55,287 nt of DNA from Dehalococcoidales bacterium (GCA_034430675.1 DAOUEB010000048.1:1-55287), one strand, 5' to 3'. Numbered from the stretch's first letter, positions 17,951-27,425 are shown. The notes: a model not told the origin generated them from the sequence alone. Numbers and translations are program-made.

Positions 17951-18080
17951 TCATCTCTAGCCAACCCTTACTCCTCTCGGCTCGTATAGTCGCGCGTCTT
18001 AGCCCGCCAGTTCCCCCCTTTCATAAGGGGGGGGCTAAGGGGGATTTCGAACCACAGCCCCACTCTGTTATAATTGGGTT

Positions 18081-20819
18081 ATGGAAAAGCCTCGTTTAGT
18101 GCTGTTCGACGGCAACGCTATCGTGCACCGTGCCTACCACGCGTTCGGGGCTACAAAATACCGTCAGGCCACGCCGCTGACCGTCTCTAAAACCGGCGAG
18201 GTCGTCAGCGCCGTTTATGGCTTCGCCCTGATGCTGCTTAAAGTCCTCAGCGAGCTTAAGCCGACCCACTATGCCGTCGCTTTCGATAAGAAAGGCCCTA
18301 CCTTCCGGCACGAGCTTTTCGACCAGTATAAGGCGCAGCGCCCGCCCACCCCCGATGAGCTAATCAACCAGATAGGGCGGGTAAAGCAGCTGGTGGAAGC
18401 TTTTAATATTCCTCTCTTTGAAATCGACAAGTACGAGGCCGATGATGTCCTGGGTACGCTGAGCCAGCAGGCAAGCCGGCAGGGGATTGAGACGGTAATC
18501 GTTACCGGCGACGCCGACACCATGCAGCTGGTCTCTCCCCATGTGAAAGTGCTTTATCCTAGGGCGGGCAGGGCTTTCAGCGATACCATGCTTTTTGACG
18601 CAGAGGCTGTTAAAGAGAAGTACGGCGTCGGCCCGGAACATATTACCGACCTCAAGGCTATGATGGGCGACCCCTCCGATAATATCCCCGGTATCCCTAG
18701 CATAGGGCCAGTCAATGCGGCTAAACTAATCAGGCAATTTGGCTCTATAGAAGAAATCTATACTCATTTAGATGAGGTAACTCCACCAAGAATCCAGACC
18801 TTGTTGCGTGAAAATGAAGACATGGCTCGTCAAAGCAAGAAGCTGGCGACTATCGTGACACAGACGCCGGTCACTCTGAATCTTGATGATTGCCGTATCG
18901 GACAGTACGACCGTAAACAGGCAGCCGACTTCTTGCGTGAGATGGAGTTCTACAGCCTCCTGCCGAAACTGCCGGATACGGAAGGAGAGTCGGCTTCGGT
19001 AGAGGTTGAGGCCGGGCTGGCGCAGGGAGACTACCGTGTCGTGGCTGCTACCGAAGACCTTGACGAACTGATTAACTACCTTTCTTCATCCAGGTCCTTC
19101 GCCTTCGATACGGAGACAACGGGACTGGACCCGATGGCGGCGCAGCTTGTCGGCATATCCCTCGCCGCCGAGTCGGGCAGGGCGTACTATATTCCGGTCG
19201 GTCATGTCCTGCTGGACGCGGTCACACAGCTGCCGCTGGAGCAGGTCATCAATCGACTCAAGCCGCTCCTTGAAGACGTAAAAATAGCCAAGCTGGCTCA
19301 CAACGGCAAGTACGATATGATGGTGCTGGCGGAGTATGGGGTGGCTGTCAGCGGCCTCAGCTTCGATACCATGATTGCCGCCCACCTCCTCGGGGAAAAG
19401 GCTGTGGGGCTGAAAGCGCTGGCCTTCAGCAAGCTGGGTATCGAGATGACACCTATCAAATCCCTTATCGGCACCGGCGCCAAGCAGATATCAATGTCGC
19501 AGGTTGACATAAAGCAGGCTGCCGACTACGCCTGTGCTGATGCCGACATGACTTTAAGGCTGGCAGAATTACTGGGAAAAGAACTTAACCGGGAAGGATT
19601 AGTAAAGTTGTTTGCCGAGGTTGAGATGCCGCTGGTGCCGGTCCTGCTGCTCATGGAAAGAAACGGCGTGGCGGTTGATGCGGGCATATTGCAGGATATG
19701 TCGAAAAATCTTGGCGAGCAGGTGGCCGTGCTGGAGGGCAAGATATATGACCGCGTCGGCCACGAGTTCAATATCAACTCGCCCCAGCAACTCGGACGCA
19801 TCCTTTTTGACGAATTGCAGTTACCCACCAGCCGCCGGGGTAAGAGCAAATACTCCACCGAGGCATCGGTATTAGAGGAATTTCGTAAAGACTACCCGAT
19901 AGCCGGTGATATCCTTGAATACCGTCAGCTCACCAAAATAAAGTCGACCTATATCGATACCCTGCCGGGTCTGGTGAACACTAAAACCGGGCGGATTCAC
20001 ACCAGTTTCAACCAGACCCGGACGACTACCGGGCGGCTTTCCTCCAGCGACCCCAATATGCAGAATATTCCCGTCAGGGGTGAACTGGGTGGGCAGGTGA
20101 GGCAGGCATTTATCGCTCCGCAGGGTTCCAGCCTCCTGGGTGGAGACTATTCCCAGATAGACCTCCGGGTTCTGGCGCACCTGTCGCAGGATGAAGGCCT
20201 CATAAGTGCATTTATGCATGACGAGGATATACATGCCGCAACCGCGGCCCGGCTCTTCGGCGTGGAGGCCTCGAAGATAACGCCGGACATGAGGCGACTC
20301 GCCAAGACGGTTAATTTCGGAGTTATCTACGGCATGAGCGACTACGGCCTGGAGCAGGCCACTGAGCTTTCCCGCGAGGAAGCCGGTAAGTTCATCAGGG
20401 CCTACTTCGTAAAATATCCGGGCGTACGGAAATACCTGGATGACACCAAGGAACAGACGAGGCGTGACGGCTTCGTGCAGACATTGCTGGGCCGGCGACG
20501 CTATATTCCCGATATCAACTCGCCCAATCGGCAGGTGAGAGAGGCCGCCGAGCGTATGGCCATCAATATGCCGGTGCAGGGGACCTCCGCCGATATCATC
20601 AAGGTGGCGATGATAAACCTGTACCGCGAGATGGAGGAGGAGCGACTGAAAAGCAAAATGCTGCTCCAGGTGCACGACGAGCTTGTCTTCGAGGTGCCGG
20701 ATGAGGAGATGGCGACCATGCGCCAGCTCGTGCCTGAGGTAATGGATTCCGCGGTAGAGCTGACCATTCCGCTGAAGGTGGATACTAAGGCCGGCAGGAA
20801 CTGGGGAGAGATGAAGTAA
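18081..20819 (+). CDS. polA: DNA polymerase I
   Basis: 5'-nuclease domain, 3'-5' exonuclease domain (FDTETTGLD), and polymerase motifs A (DYSQIDLRVLAH), B (RRLAKTVNFGVIYG) and C (QVHDELVFE). Confidence 0.97.
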   Translation: MEKPRLVLFDGNAIVHRAYHAFGATKYRQATPLTVSKTGEVVSAVYGFALMLLKVLSELKPTHYAVAFDKKGPTFRHELFDQYKAQRPPTPDELINQIGRVKQLVEAFNIPLFEIDKYEADDVLGTLSQQASRQGIETVIVTGDADTMQLVSPHVKVLYPRAGRAFSDTMLFDAEAVKEKYGVGPEHITDLKAMMGDPSDNIPGIPSIGPVNAAKLIRQFGSIEEIYTHLDEVTPPRIQTLLRENEDMARQSKKLATIVTQTPVTLNLDDCRIGQYDRKQAADFLREMEFYSLLPKLPDTEGESASVEVEAGLAQGDYRVVAATEDLDELINYLSSSRSFAFDTETTGLDPMAAQLVGISLAAESGRAYYIPVGHVLLDAVTQLPLEQVINRLKPLLEDVKIAKLAHNGKYDMMVLAEYGVAVSGLSFDTMIAAHLLGEKAVGLKALAFSKLGIEMTPIKSLIGTGAKQISMSQVDIKQAADYACADADMTLRLAELLGKELNREGLVKLFAEVEMPLVPVLLLMERNGVAVDAGILQDMSKNLGEQVAVLEGKIYDRVGHEFNINSPQQLGRILFDELQLPTSRRGKSKYSTEASVLEEFRKDYPIAGDILEYRQLTKIKSTYIDTLPGLVNTKTGRIHTSFNQTRTTTGRLSSSDPNMQNIPVRGELGGQVRQAFIAPQGSSLLGGDYSQIDLRVLAHLSQDEGLISAFMHDEDIHAATAARLFGVEASKITPDMRRLAKTVNFGVIYGMSDYGLEQATELSREEAGKFIRAYFVKYPGVRKYLDDTKEQTRRDGFVQTLLGRRRYIPDINSPNRQVREAAERMAINMPVQGTSADIIKVAMINLYREMEEERLKSKMLLQVHDELVFEVPDEEMATMRQLVPEVMDSAVELTIPLKVDTKAGRNWGEMK

Positions 20820-20822
20820 ACC

Positions 20823-21632
20823 ATGCCGGAACTCCCTGAAGTAGAAACAATCAAGACCGAACTGATGTCCCATGTCCTCGGACGCACGATTACCGGGGTC
20901 GACCTGTTCTGGGAGCGTATCGTAAGGCAGCCATCGGTTGAGGAGTTTCGCTCCCGCGTTATCGGGCAGAGGATAACGGGCCTTTCGCGACGGGGCAAAT
21001 ATCTTTTCTTTCACCTGAACGGCGGCGAGATGCTGGTCATGCACATGAAGATGACCGGCTCGCTGCTGATAGACCCATCCGACGGCAGGTTTACGCGCGC
21101 CGTATTGCACCTGAATAACGGGGTGGCACTGCATTTCTGGGACCCACGCAAGTTCGGCGTTATGTGGCTGGACAGAGATGAAAGCGCCGTGGTTGCTAAA
21201 CTGGGCCCTGAGCCGCTGGACGATGATTTCACGTCGGAAGTGCTGGCAGAGCTTTTACGCAACCGGACGGCGTCGATAAAGCCCATCATTCTTGACCAGT
21301 CTATCATCGCCGGCATCGGTAATATGTACGCCGATGAAGCATTGTTCGACGCTAAAATCCACCCAGGGAGACCGGCGGGGAGCCTCTCCGGGGATGAAAT
21401 TGAGCGACTTCACGGCTCCATCAAGCGGGTGTTGCTGAAAGGTCTCGATAGCAAGGGCGCCAGCATTCGCAACTATATACGACCCGACGGTAGTCTAGGC
21501 ACCGCCCACGACGAGTTTAACGTCGCCCACGGCGTCGGCAAGAACTGCCCCAGGTGCGGCACCCCCATCAGGCGCATCGTGCTGCGGGGACGCGGCACTT
21601 ATTTCTGCCCCGAATGCCAGCGGGAGGATTAA
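20823..21632 (+). CDS. mutM: Formamidopyrimidine-DNA glycosylase
   Basis: N-terminal MPELPEVE and the C-terminal zinc finger CPRCGTPIRRIVLRGRGTYFCPECQ. Confidence 0.95.
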   Translation: MPELPEVETIKTELMSHVLGRTITGVDLFWERIVRQPSVEEFRSRVIGQRITGLSRRGKYLFFHLNGGEMLVMHMKMTGSLLIDPSDGRFTRAVLHLNNGVALHFWDPRKFGVMWLDRDESAVVAKLGPEPLDDDFTSEVLAELLRNRTASIKPIILDQSIIAGIGNMYADEALFDAKIHPGRPAGSLSGDEIERLHGSIKRVLLKGLDSKGASIRNYIRPDGSLGTAHDEFNVAHGVGKNCPRCGTPIRRIVLRGRGTYFCPECQRED

Positions 21633-21653
21633 TACAGGCCATTGATATCAGCA

Positions 21654-21682
21654 TTGACAGCTTAACCGTGTTAGTGTATTTT
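21654..21682 (+). promoter_or_regulatory. Sigma-70-like promoter
   Basis: TTGACA (21654-21659), a 17-nt spacer, then TATTTT (21677-21682). Confidence 0.35.
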
Positions 21683-21722
21683 ATGTTCAAGTAGTATTTC
21701 TTACCTTAAAAAGGAGGCCGAC

Positions 21723-22406
21723 ATGGAAGCTGGCGGGAATGTCACAGCGAATCTGATTACGTTTAGGCCCGGGGTAGGTTCGTCCTATGGTAACGGGTGG
21801 AGGCAGCTCTGGAAATTTTTCCTGGAGCTTTTATTAATAGGAATTATAGCCTGTGTTATAAGCCTGCCATCCGGTATGGGTGGCTGGGCGCAGGGTGGTG
21901 CCGGTGCTTTTCTGGGAATTGTGGCAGCTGCATACGGAATTTTGGTTATCGGGCCTGTTGATTATGGTGTTAGTTTCTCCTTCCTCAAGGCCGCCAGAGG
22001 AGATAAAGTCGAGATAAAAGACATGTTCGCTGCCTTCCAGAACTACTGGAATGCCGTCCTGGCGAGCCTGCTTGTTACTGTTATTGTGGTTGTCGGGTTG
22101 ATTCTTATTATAATACCGGGTATTATTTTTGCCTGTAAACTGGCTTTTACACCGTATCTGGTGGTGGACAGGAAAATGGAGGTAATCGAAGCAGTTAAGA
22201 CCAGCTGGCGCATGACTAACGGCCATGCCTGGAAAGTTTTTCTCATCGGCCTGCTGGCTATTCCCATTGGTATTGCCGGGATGATATGTTTAGGTGTTGG
22301 TTTCATTATCGCAATTATGTGGATAACTATGGCGCTGGCTTCGCTATATCATGCGGTCAGCACTTCAAGTGCGGCGGTGGTTGAGCAGCCCTCCCCGATT
22401 CAGTAA
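21723..22406 (+). CDS. Integral membrane protein (DUF975-like)
   Basis: Several TM helices. The FLKAARGDKVEIKDMFAAFQNYW segment resembles the DUF975 loop. Confidence 0.5.
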   Translation: MEAGGNVTANLITFRPGVGSSYGNGWRQLWKFFLELLLIGIIACVISLPSGMGGWAQGGAGAFLGIVAAAYGILVIGPVDYGVSFSFLKAARGDKVEIKDMFAAFQNYWNAVLASLLVTVIVVVGLILIIIPGIIFACKLAFTPYLVVDRKMEVIEAVKTSWRMTNGHAWKVFLIGLLAIPIGIAGMICLGVGFIIAIMWITMALASLYHAVSTSSAAVVEQPSPIQ

Positions 22407-22423
22407 CGGATACATGTCAGGTT

Positions 22424-23425
22424 TTACAGGTACTGTTTCAGGCGCTCTATCTCGTTCATCAGTTCCTCGAACTGCTGCAGGTATAAAGACTGCATACCGT
22501 CGGAAAGGGCGTGGGCCGGGTCGTGGTGCACCTCCACGAGAAGGCCGTCAGCGCCGACGGCTATAGCGCCCCGGGATAGCGGAATAACGTAGTCGCGCCG
22601 CCCCGCAGCATGACTGGGGTCGACGATGATAGGCAGGTGGCTGGCTTCCTTGATGGAGAGTATGGCGCCAAAGTCCAGGGTGTTGCGCGTGTTGTCGGAG
22701 AACGTGCGTATTCCCCTTTCGCACAGGATAACTCTGGCGTTCCCTTCCGACAGGATATATTCGGCGGCCATGAGCCACTCATCGATGGTGGCGGCAAAGC
22801 CTCGCTTCAGGAGAATCGGCTTTCTTAACTGGCCGGCGAGCCGGAGCAGGGAATAGTTCTGCATATTCCTGGCCCCGATTTGAATAATGTCGGTATATTT
22901 TTCGACAATAGTGAGATTTTCGTTATCGGTAGCCTCGGTGACAATCAGCAGGCCGGTTTCCTGGCGCACCTTTTGAAGTATTTTCAGTCCTTTTTCTCCC
23001 AGTCCCTGGAAGCTGTAGGGAGATGTCCTCGGCTTGAAAGCACCACCTCGAAAGACTTTAGCACCGTGCTCTTTGACGAAGCTGGCGATGGTGAGCGCCT
23101 GTTCCTCGCTCTCTACAGCGCAGGGGCCGGCCATGATAACTAGCTCTCCGGAGCCGATTTTCACATCTCCAATAGATATCACCGAAGACTCGGGGTGTGT
23201 CTCCCGGCTGACGAGTTTATAGGGCTTGGTGACCGGGATAGCCTCTTTAACGCCCTCCATAGCCAGTAGCTGCGTGGCTTCAACCGGTCCCTTGTTGCCG
23301 ATAATGCAAACAGCCGTCCTCTGAGCGCCTGGCATAGGAATACCGCGGTAGCCCATTTTCTCGATTTCCTTAATAACGCCACGCACCTGCTCTTCGGTAG
23401 CGTCGTTTTTCATGACAACTAGCAT
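22424..23425 (-). CDS. aroF: 3-deoxy-7-phosphoheptulonate (DAHP) synthase, type I-beta, with an N-terminal ferredoxin-like regulatory domain
   Basis: KPRTSPYSFQGLGEKGL, IQIGARNMQN, LLKRG, CERGIRTF and VDPSH motifs. The architecture matches the Thermotoga-type enzyme. Confidence 0.9.
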   Translation of the reverse strand: MLVVMKNDATEEQVRGVIKEIEKMGYRGIPMPGAQRTAVCIIGNKGPVEATQLLAMEGVKEAIPVTKPYKLVSRETHPESSVISIGDVKIGSGELVIMAGPCAVESEEQALTIASFVKEHGAKVFRGGAFKPRTSPYSFQGLGEKGLKILQKVRQETGLLIVTEATDNENLTIVEKYTDIIQIGARNMQNYSLLRLAGQLRKPILLKRGFAATIDEWLMAAEYILSEGNARVILCERGIRTFSDNTRNTLDFGAILSIKEASHLPIIVDPSHAAGRRDYVIPLSRGAIAVGADGLLVEVHHDPAHALSDGMQSLYLQQFEELMNEIERLKQYL

Positions 23426-23464
23426 TTAAGTATTTCTCCTCGACGGCTAAAAATAATAGTTTAT

Positions 23465-24040
23465 CTAACCTTTTTCTCCCATTATATCCCAGAGGGCGTC
23501 GGCATACGCTTCAAAGGTGCGTGAATCGAAGAGGACGAAAACCGCTTCTTTTACGGAAGTATCCTCCGAGAGGAAGGAGACCATCGTTTTAAGGGCTATC
23601 CTCGCAGCTTTATCCACAGGATAGCCGTAGGCCCCGGTGCTGATGGAAGGGAAGGAGATGCTGGAAAGGTTGCTTTCGGCGGCGAGCTTCAGGCTTTCTT
23701 GGTAGGCGCTGGCCAGCAGTTCGGGCTCTCCCTGACTGCCGCCGTGCCATATCGGCCCGACGGTATGAATGACGTGCCTGGCTTTCATATCGCCGGCGGT
23801 GGTGATGACAGCCTGTCCGGTGGGCAGCCGACCCTGCCGGGCGACGATTTGTTTGCATTCTTCCAGTATGGCCGGGCCACCGGCGCGGTGTATGGCACCG
23901 TCCACGCCGCCACCGCCCATGAGGCCGGAGTTGGCAGCATTGACGATAGCGTCGGTAGCCTGGCGGGTAATGTCGCCCTGTACTACGGAGAGTTTTGCCT
24001 GGTTTACGGTATAAGTAAGGTTATCGGTCATGTCATTCAC
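23465..24040 (-). CDS. Macro domain protein (O-acetyl-ADP-ribose deacetylase-like)
   Basis: VQGDITRQATDAIVNAANSGLMGGGGVDGAIHRAGG and ISFPSISTGAYGYP motifs. Confidence 0.85.
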   Translation of the reverse strand: MNDMTDNLTYTVNQAKLSVVQGDITRQATDAIVNAANSGLMGGGGVDGAIHRAGGPAILEECKQIVARQGRLPTGQAVITTAGDMKARHVIHTVGPIWHGGSQGEPELLASAYQESLKLAAESNLSSISFPSISTGAYGYPVDKAARIALKTMVSFLSEDTSVKEAVFVLFDSRTFEAYADALWDIMGEKG

Positions 24041-24051
24041 ACCCCTTTCGG

Positions 24052-25191
24052 TTACTCACCGCCAGTCAGGTAGTCAATTGCCCACCCTACGGCGTCTTCT
24101 CCGTTGAGGTCAAGCACCCTGTCCGGTTCGATTCCATGGCCTTCGATGAGACGGCCGTCGGGAGTAAGCCAGCGGGCGGTGGTGATATATAGTCCGGAGC
24201 CATCGCTGAGGCGGCGCAGAATATTCACGCTGCCCTTGCCGAAGGTGGTCTTACCGGCAACGAGGGCACGGCCGTGGTCCTGCAGGGCGCCGGCCAGCAC
24301 CTCGCTGCCGCTGGCGCTGGCATCGTCTACCAGGGCGACCATCGGCAGGTCAGTGGTTACGGGGCTGGTAATCACTTCCAGAGTTGCCACCTTTCCCTGG
24401 TTACTCATCACTTCCACCAGAGTGCCTTCAGTAATGAAGTGACTGGCCACCTCGATTACGATATCGAGGAGTCCTCCCGGATTGCCGCGCAGGTCAAGGA
24501 TGATACCTCTGGCGTTTTCCTCTTTCAGTTCCTGAATGACTGGCGCCAGTTCGTTTTCCGTGCGCTCGGAGAACTGGGTGATAATAATATAAGCGATATC
24601 TCCCCGCATTTCAAAGCGGACACTCGGTACTTCTACCCGGTCCCTTATTATCTCAATCTCAACCGGCCCGGTATCACCTTCATGAAGGATAAGGAGGCTT
24701 ACCGCCGTACCTTTAGGGCCGCGTATTTTAATGATTGCCTCAGCCAGGCTCATGTCCAGGACGGGTTCGCCGTTTATTTCCAGGATGATGTCGCCCGCCT
24801 TAATGCCGGCCTTATCCGCCGGAGAATCGGCAATGGGGGCGATAATCAAGAGCTGCCTGTCTTCAACGGTTACGTAAGCGCCGATGCCATCGAACTCCCC
24901 CTCAAGACTGCTTATTCCCAGCTCATAGTATTCAGCGTCCAGATAGGAGGTGTAAGGGTCGTCCAGCGCCTCAATCATGCCTTCTATGGCGGCAATGCTC
25001 AAATTAGCGGAGTCCAGTTTGGACCTGTCTACGTAGTCGCTGAAGATGATGTTCCAGGCCTGCTCTACAATATCCAGGCCTTCCCCCGAACCGGGGAGAT
25101 TGCTGTAGCCAAAGAAAAAGCCGGCCCCGAAGGCGAGGGCGATAACCACCAGGAGCAACAGGCCTATGATGAGTTTTGTTATCTTTGACAT
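24052..25191 (-). CDS. S41 family C-terminal processing peptidase
   Basis: N-terminal TM helix, PDZ region, and the GILDLRGNPGG, SASGSEVLAG and TFGKGS catalytic motifs. Confidence 0.9.
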   Translation of the reverse strand: MSKITKLIIGLLLLVVIALAFGAGFFFGYSNLPGSGEGLDIVEQAWNIIFSDYVDRSKLDSANLSIAAIEGMIEALDDPYTSYLDAEYYELGISSLEGEFDGIGAYVTVEDRQLLIIAPIADSPADKAGIKAGDIILEINGEPVLDMSLAEAIIKIRGPKGTAVSLLILHEGDTGPVEIEIIRDRVEVPSVRFEMRGDIAYIIITQFSERTENELAPVIQELKEENARGIILDLRGNPGGLLDIVIEVASHFITEGTLVEVMSNQGKVATLEVITSPVTTDLPMVALVDDASASGSEVLAGALQDHGRALVAGKTTFGKGSVNILRRLSDGSGLYITTARWLTPDGRLIEGHGIEPDRVLDLNGEDAVGWAIDYLTGGE

Positions 25192-25254
25192 GAATTATTT
25201 CTCCCTCCGCGTGTTCCGGCAGGAATGACCGCATAATCGAGCTTTAAAAAACGA

Positions 25255-25612
25255 GCCAAGTAAACCTGTAAGCCGAGTTCTGTGTCCCGATATAATCGGG
25301 ACGGTGACCATCTATCTAGCCCCGATGTTACCATCGGGGTCAAGCGACCAACCCGGGGAATGGGCCGGGCGTCCCTTTGTCCCTCTATTCGGTCTTGCTC
25401 CGGATGGGGTTTGCCCAGCCGGCCGGTCACCCGGCCGCCGGTGAGCTCTTACCTCACCATTTCACCCTTACCCCGATTATTAGTCGGGGCGGTATGTTTC
25501 TGTGGCACTTTCCGTAGGGTCACCCCTCCTGGGTGTTACCCAGCATCCTGCCCGGTGGAGCTCGGACTTTCCTCCCCGAAAAATATCGGGGCGGTCACCC
25601 GGTTTACTTGAC
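25255..25612 (-). ncRNA. rnpB: RNase P RNA, bacterial type A
   Basis: The reverse strand contains GGGGAGGAAAGTCCGAGCTCCAC (P4 5' strand) and ACAGAACTCGGCTTACAGG near the 3' end. caagtaaacc and ggtttacttg pair as P1. The ends are approximate to a few nt. Confidence 0.9.
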
Positions 25613-25669
25613 CCGGTTATAGTGTAGTGGAGAGTTAGGGGTTAGTCAACAGGTTGGGGTGGAAGAGAG

Positions 25670-26077
25670 CTAAGTCTCATCCAGAGCTTTGTTCGCCAGG
25701 GCGTCTGCCTCGGCGTTCCGGGCACGGGGAACGTGAGATACCGTGACACTTTCCAGCGAACCGGTGAGCTTGACTACTTCCTGGTAGAGTGGCCGCAGGG
25801 CTGAGTTTTTAATCTTATAGCGGCCGTTGATTTGTTTCACCGCCAGCTCCGAGTCTGACTTTAATACTACGTGTTTGGCGCCCAGGCTGATAGCTTTCTC
25901 CAGGGCGGCAATAATGGCGCGGTATTCCGCCTGGTTGTTGGTGGTGATGCCGATTCGCCGGGAAACGCTTGTAATAAGGTTACCTGTTTCGTCCTTGATG
26001 GTAGCACCGATAGCTGCCGGGCCGGGATTGCCCCGGGCAGCGCCATCAGTATATATTGTGACTTTGTGTACGTTCAA
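25670..26077 (-). CDS. rnhA: Ribonuclease H (type 1 family)
   Basis: The TIYTDGAARGNPGPAAIG and NNQAEYRAIIAALE motifs carry the catalytic D and E. I moved the start to TTG 26077. The longer track ORF overlaps the upstream gene. Confidence 0.8.
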   Translation of the reverse strand: MNVHKVTIYTDGAARGNPGPAAIGATIKDETGNLITSVSRRIGITTNNQAEYRAIIAALEKAISLGAKHVVLKSDSELAVKQINGRYKIKNSALRPLYQEVVKLTGSLESVTVSHVPRARNAEADALANKALDET

Positions 26078-26085
26078 TCTGTCCT

Positions 26086-26781
26086 TCAGGGAATATACAG
26101 GATTCTTCCGCAGGTGCCGCACTGTACGGGTTGACCGCTTCGGGCCCTCTGGAGCGCACTGGCCGAAAGTGATATGCGGCAGGCACGGCAAATACCCTGT
26201 TCTACCTTGGCGACGGCCGGCCTCTTTTGCTGCCTGATTCTTTCGTAGAGCTCGATGGTAGGGGAATCAATCTGCCCGGCCAGCTGCTGACGTTTATCCT
26301 TGAGGTCGGCCAGGCTGGTCTTGAGTTGTTCTATCTCGTCGCCCAGCTGCTTTTGCTGGCGCTGCCATTCATCCTCCAGTTTACCGTGATTGCTGGTGGC
26401 GGTGGCTACGGCTGTTTCGGCGGCTTCTACCCGGTCGATTATTTCCAGGGCCTTGTTCTCCAGCTGGTCGCTCTTAGTCTTCATCATCGCTACCTCGTGC
26501 TGGAGGCCGGACAGCTCCTTGGGATTGTTTATCTTGCCGCCATAGAGCTGCTCTTCGGCAGCGGAGATTTTACTCAGCAGGTCGTCGACTTCAGCTTCAG
26601 AATCGCGGTGCTGGTGTCTTAGCTCATCCAGGCGCTTTCGTTCGGAGTCGAGATGGCTTTGCGCGTTGTCCAGCACGTCCCTGTTCCCAAGCTGACCGGT
26701 TTTCTGGCTCAGGGACTGTTCTTCCTTCTCAATCTCCAGGTCGAGTTCCTGTAGCTGGTAGAGTTGTCTGGTAATAGCCAT
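26086..26781 (-). CDS. Coiled-coil zinc-ribbon protein (COG1579/DUF164-like)
   Basis: A long coiled coil followed by CRACRISL ... CGTCGRILY, a C4 zinc ribbon. Confidence 0.75.
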   Translation of the reverse strand: MAITRQLYQLQELDLEIEKEEQSLSQKTGQLGNRDVLDNAQSHLDSERKRLDELRHQHRDSEAEVDDLLSKISAAEEQLYGGKINNPKELSGLQHEVAMMKTKSDQLENKALEIIDRVEAAETAVATATSNHGKLEDEWQRQQKQLGDEIEQLKTSLADLKDKRQQLAGQIDSPTIELYERIRQQKRPAVAKVEQGICRACRISLSASALQRARSGQPVQCGTCGRILYIP

Positions 26782-26840
26782 TTTTATTCCTGCTGCCTAT
26801 TCTATAACGCGGGCAGTATAATATCAAACCGCCTTGAAAA

Positions 26841-26890
26841 TTTACGACAAAAACCCGTAGTTAATAAAGAACATATGTGCTAATATTATC
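26841..26890 (+). promoter_or_regulatory. Promoter/operator copy 1: TACGACAAAA box plus AGAACATATGTGCTA operator overlapping the spacer and -10 (TAATAT)
   Basis: Aligns without gaps to 35409-35458, about 35 of 50 identical by my count. The 15-mer at 26868-26882 is identical to 35436-35450. Confidence 0.6.
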
Positions 26891-26916
26891 GGTAGGTTTT
26901 TGGGATAGGAGGGAAT

Positions 26917-27069
26917 ATGAGCCTATTAAGGTTAGCTGTGAAAAACCAGAGGTGGGACCTGGCGGCTCACACTATTGTCCTGGCTACTGTCAGAGCACTG
27001 AACAAAGGAGAGCTTGATGCCGGAAAGAACAGGCAGAAAAAGTACCTCAAAGCGAAGCCAAAGCGATAA
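26917..27069 (+). CDS. Small basic ORF (50 aa), first gene after promoter copy 1
   Basis: ATG 26917 follows GGAGGG at a suitable spacing. It reads MSLLRLAVKNQRWDLAAHTIVLATVRALNKGELDAGKNRQKKYLKAKPKR. It is below the ORF-track cutoff and overlaps the next ORF out of frame. Confidence 0.3.
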   Translation: MSLLRLAVKNQRWDLAAHTIVLATVRALNKGELDAGKNRQKKYLKAKPKR

Positions 27070-27385
27070 AAAACAAAATTTTTATTCCAGAGTTCTGGAT
27101 GAAGCTGAAAAGCTTGACTTTGAGCTTGCGGCTGATGTTAATGGCATCGATGACGAGATTGCTTTGCTGAGGGTAAAAATAAAGTCGGTGCTGGAGAAGG
27201 ACCCGGAGAATATCAAGCTCATCATGCAGGCGACGAACGCCCTGGCGGGTTTGGTGAAGACGCGGTACAACATCACCGGGCAGCAGCGGAAGGGGCTGCG
27301 GGAGGCAATCGGCAACGTGCTGAGGGACGTGGCGCTGCCGCTGGGGATAAATATAGGGGCGAGTGTTATCGGGAAGCAGATATAG
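27014..27385 (+). CDS. Hypothetical phage-like protein upstream of the terminase (possible small terminase subunit)
   Basis: Its position immediately 5' of TerL, a basic N-terminus and a helical body. AAGGAG precedes the ATG at 27017. No motif-level assignment. Confidence 0.4.
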   Translation: MMPERTGRKSTSKRSQSDKKQNFYSRVLDEAEKLDFELAADVNGIDDEIALLRVKIKSVLEKDPENIKLIMQATNALAGLVKTRYNITGQQRKGLREAIGNVLRDVALPLGINIGASVIGKQI

Positions 27386-27404
27386 GAGATTGGGAATTAA
27401 TAGA

Positions 27405-27425
27405 AAGAGGGGCTTCGCCCCTCTT
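27405..27425 (+). terminator. GC-rich hairpin (9-bp stem, 3-nt loop) after ORF 27014..27385
   Basis: aagaggggc-ttc-gcccctctt. There is no U-tract, so terminator function is uncertain. Confidence 0.3.

Noticed and set aside
19872-21134. A 420-aa ORF on the minus strand, and other long antisense ORFs: 12230..13093 (+), 24274..25188 (+), 33884..34969 (+), 27742..28416 (-), 37992..38648 (-), 43545..44213 (+), 46208..47143 (+) and 50136..50789 (-).
   Set aside because: Each lies antisense to a gene with clear family motifs (polA/fpg, argF, S41 peptidase, surface protein, TerL, capsid, SipW, LuxR RR, FAD oxidoreductase). Each has the Arg/Gly/His/Pro-rich low-complexity composition typical of shadow frames in GC-rich coding DNA.
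25179-25611. ORFs 25179..25430 (-) and 25282..25611 (+).
   Set aside because: They fall entirely within the RNase P RNA gene.
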